A DNA stretch of 64,000 nt from Neodothiora populina (Eukaryota), in NCBI RefSeq assembly GCF_041146345.1, contig NW_027191405.1:1116001-1180000 (forward strand), given 5' to 3'. The position numbers were made by a program, and so were the translations under genes. Numbering within the stretch: position 1 is the stretch's first letter; the number at the start of each line of letters is the position of its first letter. The notes below the pieces were generated by a model that made no database searches, was not told where the DNA came from, and saw nothing but the letters and a program-made list of their open reading frames with translations. Positions 36,579 to 50,171 of the stretch are shown piece after piece.

Positions 36579-37526
36579 GATTGCCGTCGTGATGCGCGTT
36601 GTCGAAGAAGGTGGTAGGATTAGATTGTCGAAGCAGAAGCGATTGGCTTGATGCAGTGAACAGAGACTGGAGAAACGAAATATGAAGGGATAGAAAGAAA
36701 AAGGCTGGGTAATGTACAATTAATAGTCAATTGTATGACACCAAAGTCAATGACTGTTCTCAAGTATGATGACTCTACAGCGGAACTTGACTTATCTCTC
36801 TCGACGTTCCTACGCGATACACATACTGTAACACAAATACACGCTCCTCCAGATTTCGAAATCGCCGCCGATCAAGCCGAACCCTGAGACCCACCCGGCC
36901 CGAGTGGTGCGCTGTCTCCCGCGGTGTCGGCGACACTTTTTGGTCTAAGACCTGGGTAATATCTGATTCACGAATGGAACATATTGAGCTCTGCACTACA
37001 AGGTGTCCATGGCCGAAACATGCAAAGGGTTCCACTTCTGATCATGACCGCAGCTTCTGGGACTTGTATATCATTGGCACAAATGTCTCAGTAGTGAAAC
37101 AGATGTGTTCCCGTAAAAGCAGCAGTCAAGAGGGGGACCCTGACCACTTCCAGTTCTACCAATGATTTCCTGCTTGCAACGTGTATCAAAGCCACTGCAT
37201 GCATGCTCCACCACAAGCACAATAATACCTTGTCATCACACCATCCAATCTCCGTTCCGCTAGACAAGACTCCTGTTGCAATTATCAAAGGCAAGACCAG
37301 ATTGGTCGTGAATAATCCCACATATTAGTCCCCAGATCCTGTATACGCCTGTCGCTCACGTGCCATAGACGCGACTGTCATGTTAATTGTGAAGTCGCAA
37401 CGCTGTGAGATTACTTTTGTATGATAGAGTACTGGAACACCAAGGCGCCTTCTTTTCCAGGTGCCTCCCGGATCCCTCACTCGCCCTGCGACCGCATTGC
37501 CCTCTCAGTAAAGCGTGTCAGTGAAC

Positions 37527-40500
37527 ATGTTCTCGTCCGCGCTCAAGTCCTTCACATCCAACATCGCCTCCAACTACACCATCGCTCCTCAGCCTAGCTG
37601 TACCTCTGGACCATGGAAGATCTTCGATGCCAGAAAGAAGGGCCAGGGCAGCACCACCGTGGTCTCGGTCTTCGTGTTCGATAAGAAAATCCTGGATCCA
37701 GCCGGTGGTCGGCTCCGTGGCAGCAGGACGGGCGCCGCCTCTCTCAAGCGCGCATACGAAGATGTGCTCGATCGTCTCAAAAAAGAGGCCAGCTCCCTGG
37801 CGCGTCTGAGGCATCCCAGCATACTTGAGTTGGCCGAGCCCGTGGAAGAAACACGAAATGGCGGTCTCATGTTTGCGACGGAACCTGTCACTGCATCCCT
37901 TGCTGGTCTGCTGCTGGAGAAAGACGACGAGGAGCGTTCCGGCGGTGTGGGCGGCAGGGGCAGTCGATATGTCGTCGAAGAGTCCGATGGAAGAACTCGA
38001 CGGAGAGAACTGGAACTGGACGAGTTGGAGATCCAAAAGGGTCTGCTACAAATCGGCAAAGGACTCGAGTTCTTGCACGACAGTGCTGCTCTGGTCCACG
38101 GCAATATAAGTCCAGATGCCATCTTCGTCAATCAGAAGTCTGACTGGAAGATATCTGGACTGGCCTTTTCTGCCTCGCCCACCAATCTGACCTCGGCTCT
38201 GTCCGAGATCTTGAACCACGACCCTCGATTGCCGCCCTCGGTCCAGCTGAATCTGGATTACACCTCTCCCGACTTTGTAATCGATCAGAATGTCAGTGGG
38301 TCGGCGGACATGTTCTCCCTGGGCTTGTTGATCCTAGCACTATACAATTCACCTCACCGCAGCCCTCTCAACACCCACGGGAGCCTCTCATCATACAAGC
38401 GTATGTTCTCCTCGTCGTCCACCATCCCGACGCAACAGAACTCCTTTCTGTCTGCTGGCAAACTTCCCAAAGACCTTGCCTCCGACCTACTACCTCGCCT
38501 CATAACCAGACGCCCAGCACAGCGGCTCAACGCCACAGAGTTCCAGCAGGCTCGCTACTTTGACAATATTCTAGTATCTACCATCCGCTTCCTCGATGGC
38601 TTCCCCGCCAAGACGCCCAATGAGAAGACCCAATTCATGCGTGGCCTACCACGTATCATGCCGCAGTTTCCCAGGTCCGTGCTAGAAAAGAAGATTCTAC
38701 CCGTTCTTCTTGAGGAGATGAAAGATCATGCTCTACTAGCCCCTATTTTGCAGAATGTATTTGCCATTGTCAGGGCCATGCCGAGTGGCAAGCGTACCTT
38801 CACGGAGAGCGTTATCCCTAGACTACAGGAGATATTCCTGACTGCCTCCAACACAAAGGCTGTCGCCGAGAGAGACACTGCAAAGGAATCTGGCCTGATG
38901 ATAGTGTTGGAGAACATGAGCTTGATAGCGCAGAACTGCTCTGGAAAGGAGTTCCGGGACGGTATGTTACCTCTGATCACCAGTATCATGACCGCCACCC
39001 TGACTGATTGATACTAGATATTCTTCCTATCATTGCGCTTGGACTGGGCTCTCAGACACATAGTCTAGTGGACGCAGCCTTATCGACACTTTCCTCCATC
39101 CTGCCCGTGCTTGACTACAGCACCATCAAGAATGAGCTGTTCCCCGTCATTGCAAATGTCTTTGCGCACACCAACTCACTAGCAATCAAAATAAGAGGTG
39201 TAGGTACCAGTCTTCCTTACAAGCTCTACCAAAACTGATTGTCCCGCGTAGCTCGAGGCCATATATGCACTATGCGGTGGCACCGAGGCCATGGACAACG
39301 AGACAGGCGATGGCCTCGACGGGGTGGTTGTGGAAACATCGTCTTCGAAGAACACTAGCAGTTCTGTGCTAGACAAATACACCATACAAGAAAAGGTGGT
39401 CCCCTTGATCAAGTCGATCAAGACCAAGGAGCCAGGCGTGATGGTAAGATATCATTCTCGGTCCTCATTGAGTACATGCACTCACAGCCATACGCAGATG
39501 GCCGCTCTACGAGTCCTTCGTCAAGCGGGCAAAATCGCGGATTCGGACTTCCTCGCACTGGAGGTGCTACCTATACTCTGGACATTTGCACTCGGCCCAC
39601 TTCTCGACCTACACCAATTCCAATCATTCATGTCGCTGATCAAAGCCCTCTGCGCTCAAGTCGAACGAGAGCAAACGAGAAAACTACAAGACCTGTCCAC
39701 TGCCAACGGCTCTTCGACATCCCGAATGGGCTCCAAGGCAAACACATGGGCCAACGGTCCCACGGACTCGGACAGCGCAGGCGGCGACGTCGATTTCGCG
39801 AGTCTTGTCAGTGGCCGAAAGTCGACGAACGGAACGCCCGACATGCTCAGTGGCTGGGGCAGCACCACGAACGGTGGAGGAGCACCCCTTTCTTCAATTT
39901 CTCAGCCCCCAACAGCCAGCATATCCCAATTCAGCAAACCAACAAACACCATCGCCAAACTCACACCTCCTCCGAAATCTCCCAGTCTGACAAACGTGCT
40001 GCGCGCCGCTCCCACCCGCACAGTAACACCAGATCAAACCCTCAACACCGCATTCTCAGCCCTGACGCCCAACAGCCCCTTTTCGCAGGCTCTGCAGCCC
40101 CAGGCGTCTTCCAACAGCAGCAACAACAGCAACACTTCTTTCCCAGCGTCAACTCGCCCAATGATACCCATGAGCACCACCACCACCAGCGCTCGACCGA
40201 ACACACTGACTCCGCAACCGGCGACCACTCCGGCGATAGACTGGTCCGCTGCCTCTGCCGCTGCCGCTCCTTCTTCTTCAAGTAATACCAACTCCAACGC
40301 CTCGTCGTGGTCGCTTCAACGACCGCCTGTGCAATCGTCTTCTTCTTTTTCTATTGCTCCGCCGCCTCAGCAATCGTCGTCGTCGTCGTCGTTTTCGTCT
40401 TTGGCCCCTCTGCAAATGCAGCAGCAACAGCAGGGTAATCCCGGCTTTTCGAATATGCATACGGTTCAGCGGAGTATAGGGAGTATACAGCAGCAGCAGC

Positions 40501-40547
40501 AGCAGCAGTTGAGTGGTGGGCTTGACAAGTATCAGAGTTTACTCTGA
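37527..40547 (+). CDS. SCY1: SCY1-like pseudokinase with HEAT repeats
   Basis: LKKEASSLARLRHPSIL, FATEPVTASL, HGNISPDAIFVN, DWKISG; low-complexity tail ending GLDKYQSLL*. Introns 38962-39017, 39200-39251, 39444-39497. Confidence 0.9.
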
Positions 40548-40775
40548 GCGCGGCATTTGAGGAGGGTGTAACCACTTGTTCCTGCTGTGGGAGGGAGAGA
40601 AAGCGGATGTAGTAATTACTAGTAGCAGTGATCTGAGAGGTCTGCTGCTCAACATCTAGCATCCCGGGCAGCGGCGGAAAAGTAACGTCGTAGATTTCTT
40701 TGCAACTTTTGAGAAAACAAAAGTCATCTGTCTATGATAATATTCGATAACTCCAGAAAACAAAACCAATTCAAA

Positions 40776-43700
40776 CTACAGCAACTGAAGCTTCACCTTC
40801 CTCTTGCCCGTGCTCTCCTCGGCCTCATCACTGATTCTGACCTTGACCTTTTCGAACAAGCTCACCGTGGCATCCCTGCTACCACTGACTTTCAGAACAT
40901 AATTCTCCACATCGAATTCGCCCGTCGGCTCGGGCGTGGCGAGGTCGCGCAAACGAATCAGACCCTCGATGCCGAAGCGCGGCACAAAGACGACGAACCC
41001 GTTGGAGAAGACGCGCATCACGAACCCGTCCTCGTCGACGACGCGGCCCTTGAGCGCCTGACCGACGTAGTACTCGACACTTGCGCGACCGGCCATTTGC
41101 GCGTTGCGGTGGCGCACGTTGATGTTCTTGCATACGGCCTCGAGTTTGGCTTTGCTGAGCAGACTCGCGTCCAGAGGCTCGTAGTCGATGGCTGCGGCCA
41201 GTTGACGATGCGCTTCGAGGTCGGCGTAGCGTCTGATGGGACTCGTGAAGTGCGTGTAGATCTCGCTGGCGAGGCCGTAATGTCTGAATTCAGGGTAGGC
41301 CTGCGTGCCGGAGCAAAAGTACTCGGCGGACATCATGCATCGGGTGGCGAGGATGCGGACGAGCGTGTTGAAGAAGGGTTCTTCTGGGTCGACGCAGGTG
41401 TCGAGTGAGTCGGCGAGAGCCTTAGAACTGTCCGTTCGGAGCTCCATACCGCGCTTCACCTTGAGTTGGTTGGATAATTCCTCAAAGTTGTTCTTGGGTG
41501 GTGCGGCGTGACGACGAAGCAGCGCAGTCTGAGGGTAAGCTTGGTGGATACGAGCAGCGACACTGATATTGGCGAGAAGCATGAATTCCTCAACCAGTGA
41601 GTTAGTGTCTAACAGACGCTTGGTCTGTACGTCCACCGGATCCGACGTCTCAGACTCGGTTTGAACCCGGACTTCAGGACTGGCAAGGTTCAAGGCACCT
41701 GCGTCCATACGCTTCTGTTTTAGTTTCTTTGACAACATCAAAAGCATTCTAATGCCGTTCGTTAGGTCATCCTGCTGAGAAGCGTCATCGATGCGGATCT
41801 GTGCTTGCTCGTAACTGAAAGCTTCCTTGGAACGGATCACAGACTTTGTGAACTCAGATCGAACGATGTCCGCATCTGGGGTCACTTCCCAGAGCACTGA
41901 AAATGCATATCGCTCGACATATGGTTTGAGGGAGCAGAGATCTGTGCCAAGGAGCATCGGAAGCATGTCTATACGCTTATCGACAAGGTAGACAGTTGTG
42001 CCACGCATGCTTGCTTCCTGATCCATTGCGTTGTTCGGTTTGACAAAGTTCGACACGTCGGCAATATGTACACCGACCTCGAGGTTTCCGTTCGGGAGCT
42101 TCCGTGCATGCAACGCATCATCGATGTCAACACAACCAGGGGGATCAATACTGCAAACAAGGAGATCGCGCAAATCCCTACGCTTGTTCCATCCAGGATC
42201 GGACTTGTCGGTCGGCACCTTCCAATCATGGCCCTCGGCTGGAAGACAGTCCAGCACAGTCTTTGGGAATGGTCGATATTGGACATCCCATTCCAACAAG
42301 AGAGCCTCTGTCTCCGCACCTTTGGTCTCGAGTTCTCCTAAAGATCGAACAAAGTGGCCGACCGGGTAACGAGACTCGCGATCCCAGGAGTCGATGGTCA
42401 CCAACAGACGCTTTCCAAGTAGCTCACCGGCTTGGCGAGTACGTATGCGGATCTTGGGGATGCGTTTGTCCATAGGTACCAAGAACACCATCTGTTGAGC
42501 GCGACTCTGCTTTGATGATGACTTGACAGAATCTCTGTCCACGTGGCCAACATACTGTCTCCAATTGCGTTTGATAACACCAACTACGCGGGCAGTCGGT
42601 TGCGGTCTCCCTTCTGTGCTCTTGCCATGGGCTCTCTTGACCTCTTCCTGGAGAGCCTTCCTCTCCTGCTCAGTAACGACCGCCTCGCCTTCCTCGACAT
42701 CTGCATTATCATTCTTGTTGACAACTTCTTCCTCGAGGATCTTTGAGGAAGGCGCCTTCCATTGGTCCTTTGGCAACACTTCCACGACAACGATATCCCC
42801 TGAAATTGCGCGATTGCTGTTCTCTCGCCCGATTATAAGCAGGGGCTTATCGAAAGCCGGCACATACACAGAGCCCTCGAGATAGTTGTACTGTGACACG
42901 TTGAAAGTTCCTTGATGCATGGTTCCAGCTTTGACACCAGTAATCATCTTCGAAACCGAGAGGTACTCGGGATAAAGCTGCGTGGCTTTGCCCACTTTGG
43001 TCTCTCTCTGCTCCTGACCAGCGCTGACCATATCCAATAGGCGATCAGCGTCATCTAGTCCACTAACGTAGTCTCTGAGAGAAAGACCCTCAATGCCATC
43101 GGCTTTGGCTTTGCGCAGATTGTCTCTGTCGTCACTGATCATGACAACAGTAGGACATCTGACGGATTTGCGCTTGCTCACAGCTTTCTGCAAATGCTCA
43201 CCATACCAGCGAACGGCGCGGCGAACAGCGCGATCGTTACGGTCATTGATAGTCTCACCTTGGTCTCGAACAACATAGGTTTCGAGACGGAAGTCGTTGA
43301 AGAATACATAGAAACGCTTGTGCTCGTGCTTGGTCAAGCTGATTAGACGATGGTAGAGGGGAAGCGATCTGTTCTTCACCTCCTCGAGGACAGTCTGAAG
43401 AACAATCACATCGTGAAAGGCAGTTTCAATCTCGAACAAGTCCATGCCGGTAAGAAAAGCATTTGTATCCGGGACAAGATAGTGGCCAGCCGGAAATGCT
43501 TTCGTTCCAGCCGGGGTATCTGACAACACAAATGGAGCCACTGAGATCGAATCAGAAAAGGTGAAGGGAGAAGACAATCTGACAGTCAGCTAGTCATACC
43601 TTTGTTGTGATAGTCCCTCGGTGCTATGTCGAGGCATTGCGAACATAATTTGGAAGAACAAGGTATATCATCCCTAAGATACAGTTCGCGTACAATCTTT

Positions 43701-43798
43701 TGAACCTTGCCACTCTTGGTTGAGCGGATGTAGACCTTGCTCGACAGACTGGAGGCATTACTGCCATCCGCAGCAAGCGATCTCTTCAAGCTTGTCAT
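40776..43798 (-). CDS. DIS3: Exosome catalytic subunit Dis3/Rrp44 (PIN + RNB)
   Basis: VRELYLRDDIPC, PDTN, NDRNDRAVR (PIN); SIDPPGCVDIDDALH, HFTSPIRRYAD (RNB). Intron 43541-43599. Confidence 0.96.
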
Positions 43799-44187
43799 TC
43801 CAAGATATGTATGCGACCGCAGGGGTGTCCAGGTGGCGCGGTCTTGATGTCCTAGGTAGAGATGGAGATTTGTAAATTATTCGAGGTGAATGACGTTGCT
43901 GCGTCAGACAGGAAGCAAACTCGAGCAAACCTGACTCGAGATTCGAGCTCGATGGTTGAACTCTGGACTCTGGCTCGACGTCACTCGGTGTATCTCAACT
44001 GTACGTTCGGTTCAGCTTGAGCAAAGCAACACCTTGATTCTGATTGTTGTTGTGCGTAGATACTGTAGTCATAGCTGCACTTGGACTATATACAGCGTCC
44101 GCTACTGTCGCATAGCTTCGATTGACATCTCGAAGTCCCGTCACCTGCAGTCCTCCATACACCAGCTGCAGCGTGCCCACCACCAAC

Positions 44188-45726
44188 ATGTCTCTCGATC
44201 CGCCAGCATACATACTATCGCTGCAAAACAACATTCGTGCCCGACCAATCTCGTGGGAAGGAGCAGTCCGAGCAAAGACAATCTCCGAACTGGATCTGAA
44301 GAAGATCAAGGCAATAGACAAGGTCCGCAAGGAACAGCGCAAGCAGACCATCGAGAGCGAGCCCGATAGCTATGTCGCCCTACTCCTCGGCAGTGAAGAG
44401 TCCCCGAGCATTTTCCAGTCTGCAGCCAAGAGAACAGATATTCTGCAGTATATGCTAGTCTTGACTGGAGATCTCGTTGATGGTACGCGAGAGGATCATG
44501 GCATTTCACCACGTGACTAACTGTTTGGTCAGATATGCCGTCCTTTGTTACCAAACTTCTCGAGCACCCGCAACCATATGCGCCGCTTGTGCCTTTACTC
44601 AAACAGTCTTCCAATCCTGAAGATGCGATACCCCTCTTGGCTTCATCCGTCTTGTCGAGTCTCATCTCCCAAGGATTGATGGTTGGAGGCAAGCAGTCTT
44701 CCCAGATTGATGATGCTCTCCCCAAGCTCTACACCTACATCTCGACACTTGCTAAGAGCTCTGACCCTGGACTCCAGGACATTGCTGTACAAGAGTACTC
44801 TGCTCTGCTTCGCACCACCAAGTCTCGAAAGTTCTTCTGGGACCAGAGACAGGAGACCCTCGGCCCTCTTATGGAGACCCTACGTAATGCCACAGGTGGA
44901 AAGGATGGCGACTCGACCTTGAGGAGTGGCGGTAGCATCCGCACTCTGCCCGACAATGCTAACGCTAGCAATGTGGGCCTGCAGTTACTCTACCACGTCC
45001 TTCTGGTCATCTGGCAGTTGAGCTTTGAGGGCGCATTGGTTGGAAAAGGTCTTGATGAGTGAGTACACGTTCAGACTGATGTCCTCCCGCGGCATGATTC
45101 TTACAATCTTTAGGGATCACGATATAATACCACTATACGCCGCGCTTCTACGAATTTCCCCAAAGGAAAAGACGACCAGACTTCTCCTCGCAACGCTGAC
45201 CAACCTGTTGTCAACAAACCAGGACACACTCATGCCCGCCGTGATACCCGCCAAACTGCCAACTGTCCTACAGAACCTACAAGGTCGCCATTTGACCGAC
45301 CCTGATCTTCTTGATGATCTCAAGGCTCTGCAGACTATGCTCGAGGAGTTCCAAAAGACACAAACGACCTTTGACGAGTACGCTGCCGAAGTCCGCTCAG
45401 GGCACCTACGATGGTCTCCTCCACACAGGAACGAGGCTTTCTGGCGCGACAATGCGCGCCGCATCCTCGAGGAGAACAAGGGCGAGCTGGTGAAGAAGCT
45501 GACGGAAATCCTCAGCAAAAGCTGGAGTAACGACAAACAAGTGCTTGCCATTGGCTGCAACGATGTGGCATGCTTGGTCAAGGAGGTGCCTGAGAAAAGG
45601 CAGCAGATGGAGAAGATCGGTTTGAAGGCCAGAGTCATGGACCTCATGCAGGAGAGTGACGAGACAGTGCGATGGGAGAGCTTGAGAGCGGTCGGTGAGT
45701 GGCTGAGATATTCATTCGAAGGCTGA
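44188..45726 (+). CDS. VMA13: V-ATPase V1 subunit H
   Basis: IRARPISWEG, LQLLYHVLLVIWQLSF, KEKTTRL, LRWSPPHRNEAFW. Introns 44483-44532 and 45059-45113. Confidence 0.93.
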
Positions 45727-47102
45727 AACGTTCAGCCTGATCGTCCATGCGCTTGGATGAGCAGAGAGTTCTAGATCGGGTATCTTGTACATTGAAGCGG
45801 TCATTTTTTGAAGCGTATGTAATGTAGTAGACTTGGGTGTCTTCGCTGAGGGTCATACGATTTCACTTTTCTTCATCCGACGCTTTCCTTCAGAGACACG
45901 GCATGCGTGCTCGGGCTGAGGATGGCGTGTACACTCTGTAAAGTCACTATCTCAAATACGTCCAACCACTCTGTACTACCTTGATATAAGTCTGTACGGT
46001 ACCACGGGTACAGCGTATGGTACATGTACGGAGCTCGAGTACATATTCCGGGGTAATATATGAAGCAATGTGGTCGCGCAGCACCAGACTCATTGCAGCA
46101 AAAGAGGAGCGGGCCGAAAGTCGTTGCTTGTGGAGACGCCACCGTTGCCAGGCGCTGCAACTTTCTACAAGTGGCTCGAGCTCGACAATGATACGCAATC
46201 CCCGTCCTTATCGATTCTGCGGGCTGCTCTACGAAACGAGCCCGGTAGTGCGCCGAACACTTCCAGGTTCGCTTGTCACTTTACCCCGACGTCTCGTCGT
46301 GCCGGCGTCACCAGACAGGTCATATAAACGACCCCTCGATGACTACCTCACCTTACGCAGCATCTCATGCGGAGGTGTTTAGATTAGACAGTACGCGCGC
46401 CCCTGCGTGACCTAATAACAGACAGGACACGCGAGGCCTGCAGGCGCAGAGAATGAGAGTGACTTGCGGGCGCAGATCCCCAAGATGAAAGGTGAGATCG
46501 CAGGTTACGAATCGGGTAATGCAAGGTAGTCAGCGAATCCAGAATGGGGCAAGCAATTCGGCACGGCTCACGCTTCTTTTCATGCCAGGTCACTTTTGCT
46601 CGTGAACGACGCGTACACGTCTCTTGGCCACGCAGGGTGGGCCAAGGTGGCGCTGATATTACTATTGTGAAATAGCAATTACGCCGCTTGTCAGCAGAAT
46701 GGTAAAAATACTACCTACACTGCCTTGCGTTGTTGCCCGGTGAGGCTAAATTTAACTTCGTATCCCCCAGGATGTACACACATGGGCTAGTGATGGCGCG
46801 GTCGCTCTGGCCAATTGGGGGCTTGGAGGTGATCCAAAGTTGAAGGTCTGTGTTTACAACCCATGTATTATGTTTAGCAAAGAAAGAAAGCAGGCGTGGT
46901 ATGGTCACCCTATATATGTAGCGCGGCTGGTCATCTCATGGACCGCTGGTCTAACATCTCTTCAAACCGTTTGTATTTATCTGTCGCTTTGATATCTGCT
47001 TGTCGAGCACTCCAGTAGCCTGCTACATTTCTTGCGCAATATATCCTTCGCTACCAACGTCCATTCATTGCAACACAGACAACCGCTGTATCAATAGCAA
47101 CC

Positions 47103-47865
47103 ATGTTCACTCCCATCTGCTTCGCATTGTCTCTCGCATCGCTTGCTCTGGCTCAGTCCAGTGGCAACGCCACTGCAAGCACTTCATCAGTCCCATACTC
47201 AAATGCCAACACGGTCTACCTGACCCAAACCAACAGCCTCGGCGTTGTCACCGGCATGCCGAGTGTAGCCACCTCCGTTGGAAATGCTGGCACTGCTATT
47301 ACATCTCAGCCCGAGCTTGCGACTTCACAGGCTGCTGCTGCACTGGTTCGTTCTACTTTTGTCTGGTATTCGGATGCCGCATACTAAAACAGCCCAGGTT
47401 CCTGCAGGTTTCTCCGGCGTTACCACTCAGGTAAGATGAACGTGTCTTGCTCACAAGCGCATACCCATAATCCGGAGGGTTTAGTGCAGGACTGCATATA
47501 CACTAGATGAGACGTGAATAGCGAGAGCATTACTGACTCATGATCTACAGATTTACGGAAACGTCACCGCGGGCAACGCCACCAGTATAGTCATTAGTGC
47601 AAACAGCGGAACGACTCTCATTGTTTCAGCAACCACTGCTTCTTCATCAGCTGGAGCTACCGGTTCAAGCGGTTCAGGCTTGGCTTCGAGTTCTGGCTCG
47701 GATTCCGATTCTTCGGGCTCTGCAACTACCGGTAGTGGTAGCAGTGGTTCCTCAGGCACTGCAACAAGCTCACCCTCTTCTGCTTCTTCGGGCGCGGCCA
47801 ATCACATCAAGGCTGCCTCTGGTGCTTTGATCGGGGCTGGTGCCATATTTGCCGCCTTCCTATAG
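47103..47865 (+). CDS. Small secreted Ser/Thr/Gly-rich, probably GPI-anchored cell-wall protein
   Basis: Signal peptide MFTPICFALSLASLALAQ; S/G/T-rich body; hydrophobic tail GAANHIKAASGALIGAGAIFAAFL*. Introns about 47346-47397 and 47431-47550. Confidence 0.8.
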
Positions 47866-48403
47866 GCATGGATAGCAAGATGAAATGGCATGGAATCGTG
47901 GCCAACGAAGCACGCATGTGGAAATGACGGGATATGGGATTTTTTTTTAATAGTCAAGATGCATAGCGCCTCCTAGGAAACAGGACATTGCAAGGAAGGC
48001 CTTAAGACGTTTGCGAGAAGGTTAACCAATACCTGAATCATGAGATATTAAGTAGGAAGTCACAATAATAGTCAGCTTGAAGAAACGAACGTCGTACAAG
48101 TGCCGGGTCCAGCATGTTATAATTAGCTTTCTAAGCAAGGAACAACAATGGTTCACCGGTTGTGTCATGTTCTCCACAGTTTTGACTGAAGTCTAACGGT
48201 ACTTTTAGTGAGGGGTCCTTATGCACGTGCAGTGATGGGCCAGTGACAGGCCGTGCGATTCGCAATGCTTACCCGTTATCCACGGCGTCTCCGAAGAAGT
48301 TTGAACTTGTTTCGGCCCTCAACGCAGGAGCTTTTGTACCAACTTGTGTCACAGAATCTAGTGGCTCTGTGTTGTTCTACTTGTGATAATTGAAAGAGGC
48401 AAG

Positions 48404-49764
48404 ATGGTCACTCGTTCCGGCCTGAGCGACTACTGGCAGTCCCCAGTGGCTGTTGCAGTATGCCTTCTCGGCTTATCAGTGTATATCTCTGTCGTTGCGA
48501 TATTGCGGTTTCAGCGAAGAGACAAAATGCATGCATCATTCAACTATCACAGCCGAGAATCATTTGCGAACATGACCTTGGAAGATGCGCAGAGAATCCA
48601 GAAATACCTGTACGAGCTAGAATTTCCATTCACCACCCAGAAGGCTCTTGAATTTGCTCTGTTCCGCACATATGCGATTCCCACGATAAGCTCACTATTG
48701 GCAAAGACCACGCAGTTGTCAGATCCAAGTCTGGCATCAAAACGCGTTGATGACACTAGAGTGATAATCATGGAGATGATGGGTCAGGAACTCGGGTCAT
48801 CTCGCGCCCTGGGAGCCATCGCACGCATGAACTACATCCATAGTCTGTACCAGAAGTCTGGGCTTATCAGTAACGATGACTTGCTTTACACCCTGACCTT
48901 GTTTGCGCTAGAGCCTATACGCTGGGTCGCGCGTTACGAGTGGAGAGAGTTCAGCTCTATGGAAAGGTGTGCAGTCGGCGTCTACTGGAAGAACATCGGA
49001 GATGCTATGAAGATCAATTTCACCGTCCTGCCATCAGGGAACGCTGGCTGGAAGGATGGACTCGACTTTCTTGCCGAAGCAGAAGCCTGGAGCATGTCTT
49101 ACGAAGCGAGATGCATGGTCCCTGCCGCTTGTAACAAACAGGTCGCCGACGAAACGACAAGACTACTATTGTGGAGGTTCCCGAAACATCTCCTTGGTCT
49201 AGGTCGACAGGCAGTCAGCTCTTTGATGGACGCTAGGCTCAGGGACGCAATGATGTAATTTTCCTGCTTCTCGAGCTGTTTTCCAGTACTGACTATCGAA
49301 AGGTACAAGAAACCATATCGCATCGTTTCGTTTGCTGTGATGAAGAGTCTTTGGTTACGGAAGCATATCCTGCGCTACCTGGCTTTTCCAAGACCCGAGT
49401 TCTTGAAGTTCATGCCTATCACCAAGTCGGAACGCACAGGTCGGATGCATAAGAACTCATGGGATGCTGATCCTTGGGTAAGATTCCTCAAGACTTCCCC
49501 GTTCACTCGCGGTACTAACATTGGATTCAGTATGTGAACGGCTCACTAATCAATCGGTGGAGTTTGTTGGCATGGGTAGACTGGCTAAGCGGTCGTCCAA
49601 TTCCTGGCGACTTGGGTGGGAAATTCAAGCCTGATGGTTTCCTAATCGGGGAGGTCGGACCTGCCAGCATGGCTGGTAAAGGCGTCAGTGAGAGCGAGAA
49701 AGACGCAGAGCTTATCAAGTCTCAGTTTGGCCGGGGGTGTCCTATGGCATTTGGCAAGACCTAG
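48404..49764 (+). CDS. ER-bound oxygenase MpaB/DUF2236-like protein
   Basis: N-terminal TM, LEFPF, ALFRTYAIPTIS, KRVDDT, RMNYIH, ISNDDLLYTL, C-terminal GCPM. Introns 49255-49302 and 49478-49530. Confidence 0.85.
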
Positions 49765-50171
49765 TCATATGTAGATGATGCGACGAACGCGCGAATAGCG
49801 AGCGATGACTGCGTTGAGGTCTATCGATCCAGCAGATGCATGCAATTACTTCAAATCATCTTTGTAATATCAGATAATGGTTTTGAATGTCAGACTCGAT
49901 AGTCTCGAGAGGTGCATTGGGTAGTCATAAGCGATTTGTGCTAAGCCGAGTTAGGTAGTTGCCACGCTCAAGTACACGTACCCCACATTTCTGTACTTCA
50001 CTTGCATCAGGGACGTACAGTAGTCCAACAGCAGTATTACCCACCATCCAAGCAAGCGTGATTAGCAAAACAAAGTTCATGAACGCAAGTTGGCGAACAC
50101 TGCGCAACTTGTCGCCTCGTACAACACCGAGACCAAGACATACTACATTGAGGAAGCAACGATACATTAAC

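Noticed and set aside
39476..40285. 269-aa alternative-frame ORF inside SCY1
   Set aside because: Starts in an intron and reflects a low-complexity CA-rich region.
47431..47550. Longer introns (also 14230-14337 and 62853-62960) checked for snoRNAs or stwintrons
   Set aside because: No convincing C/D box pair, rRNA guide or nested splice sites.
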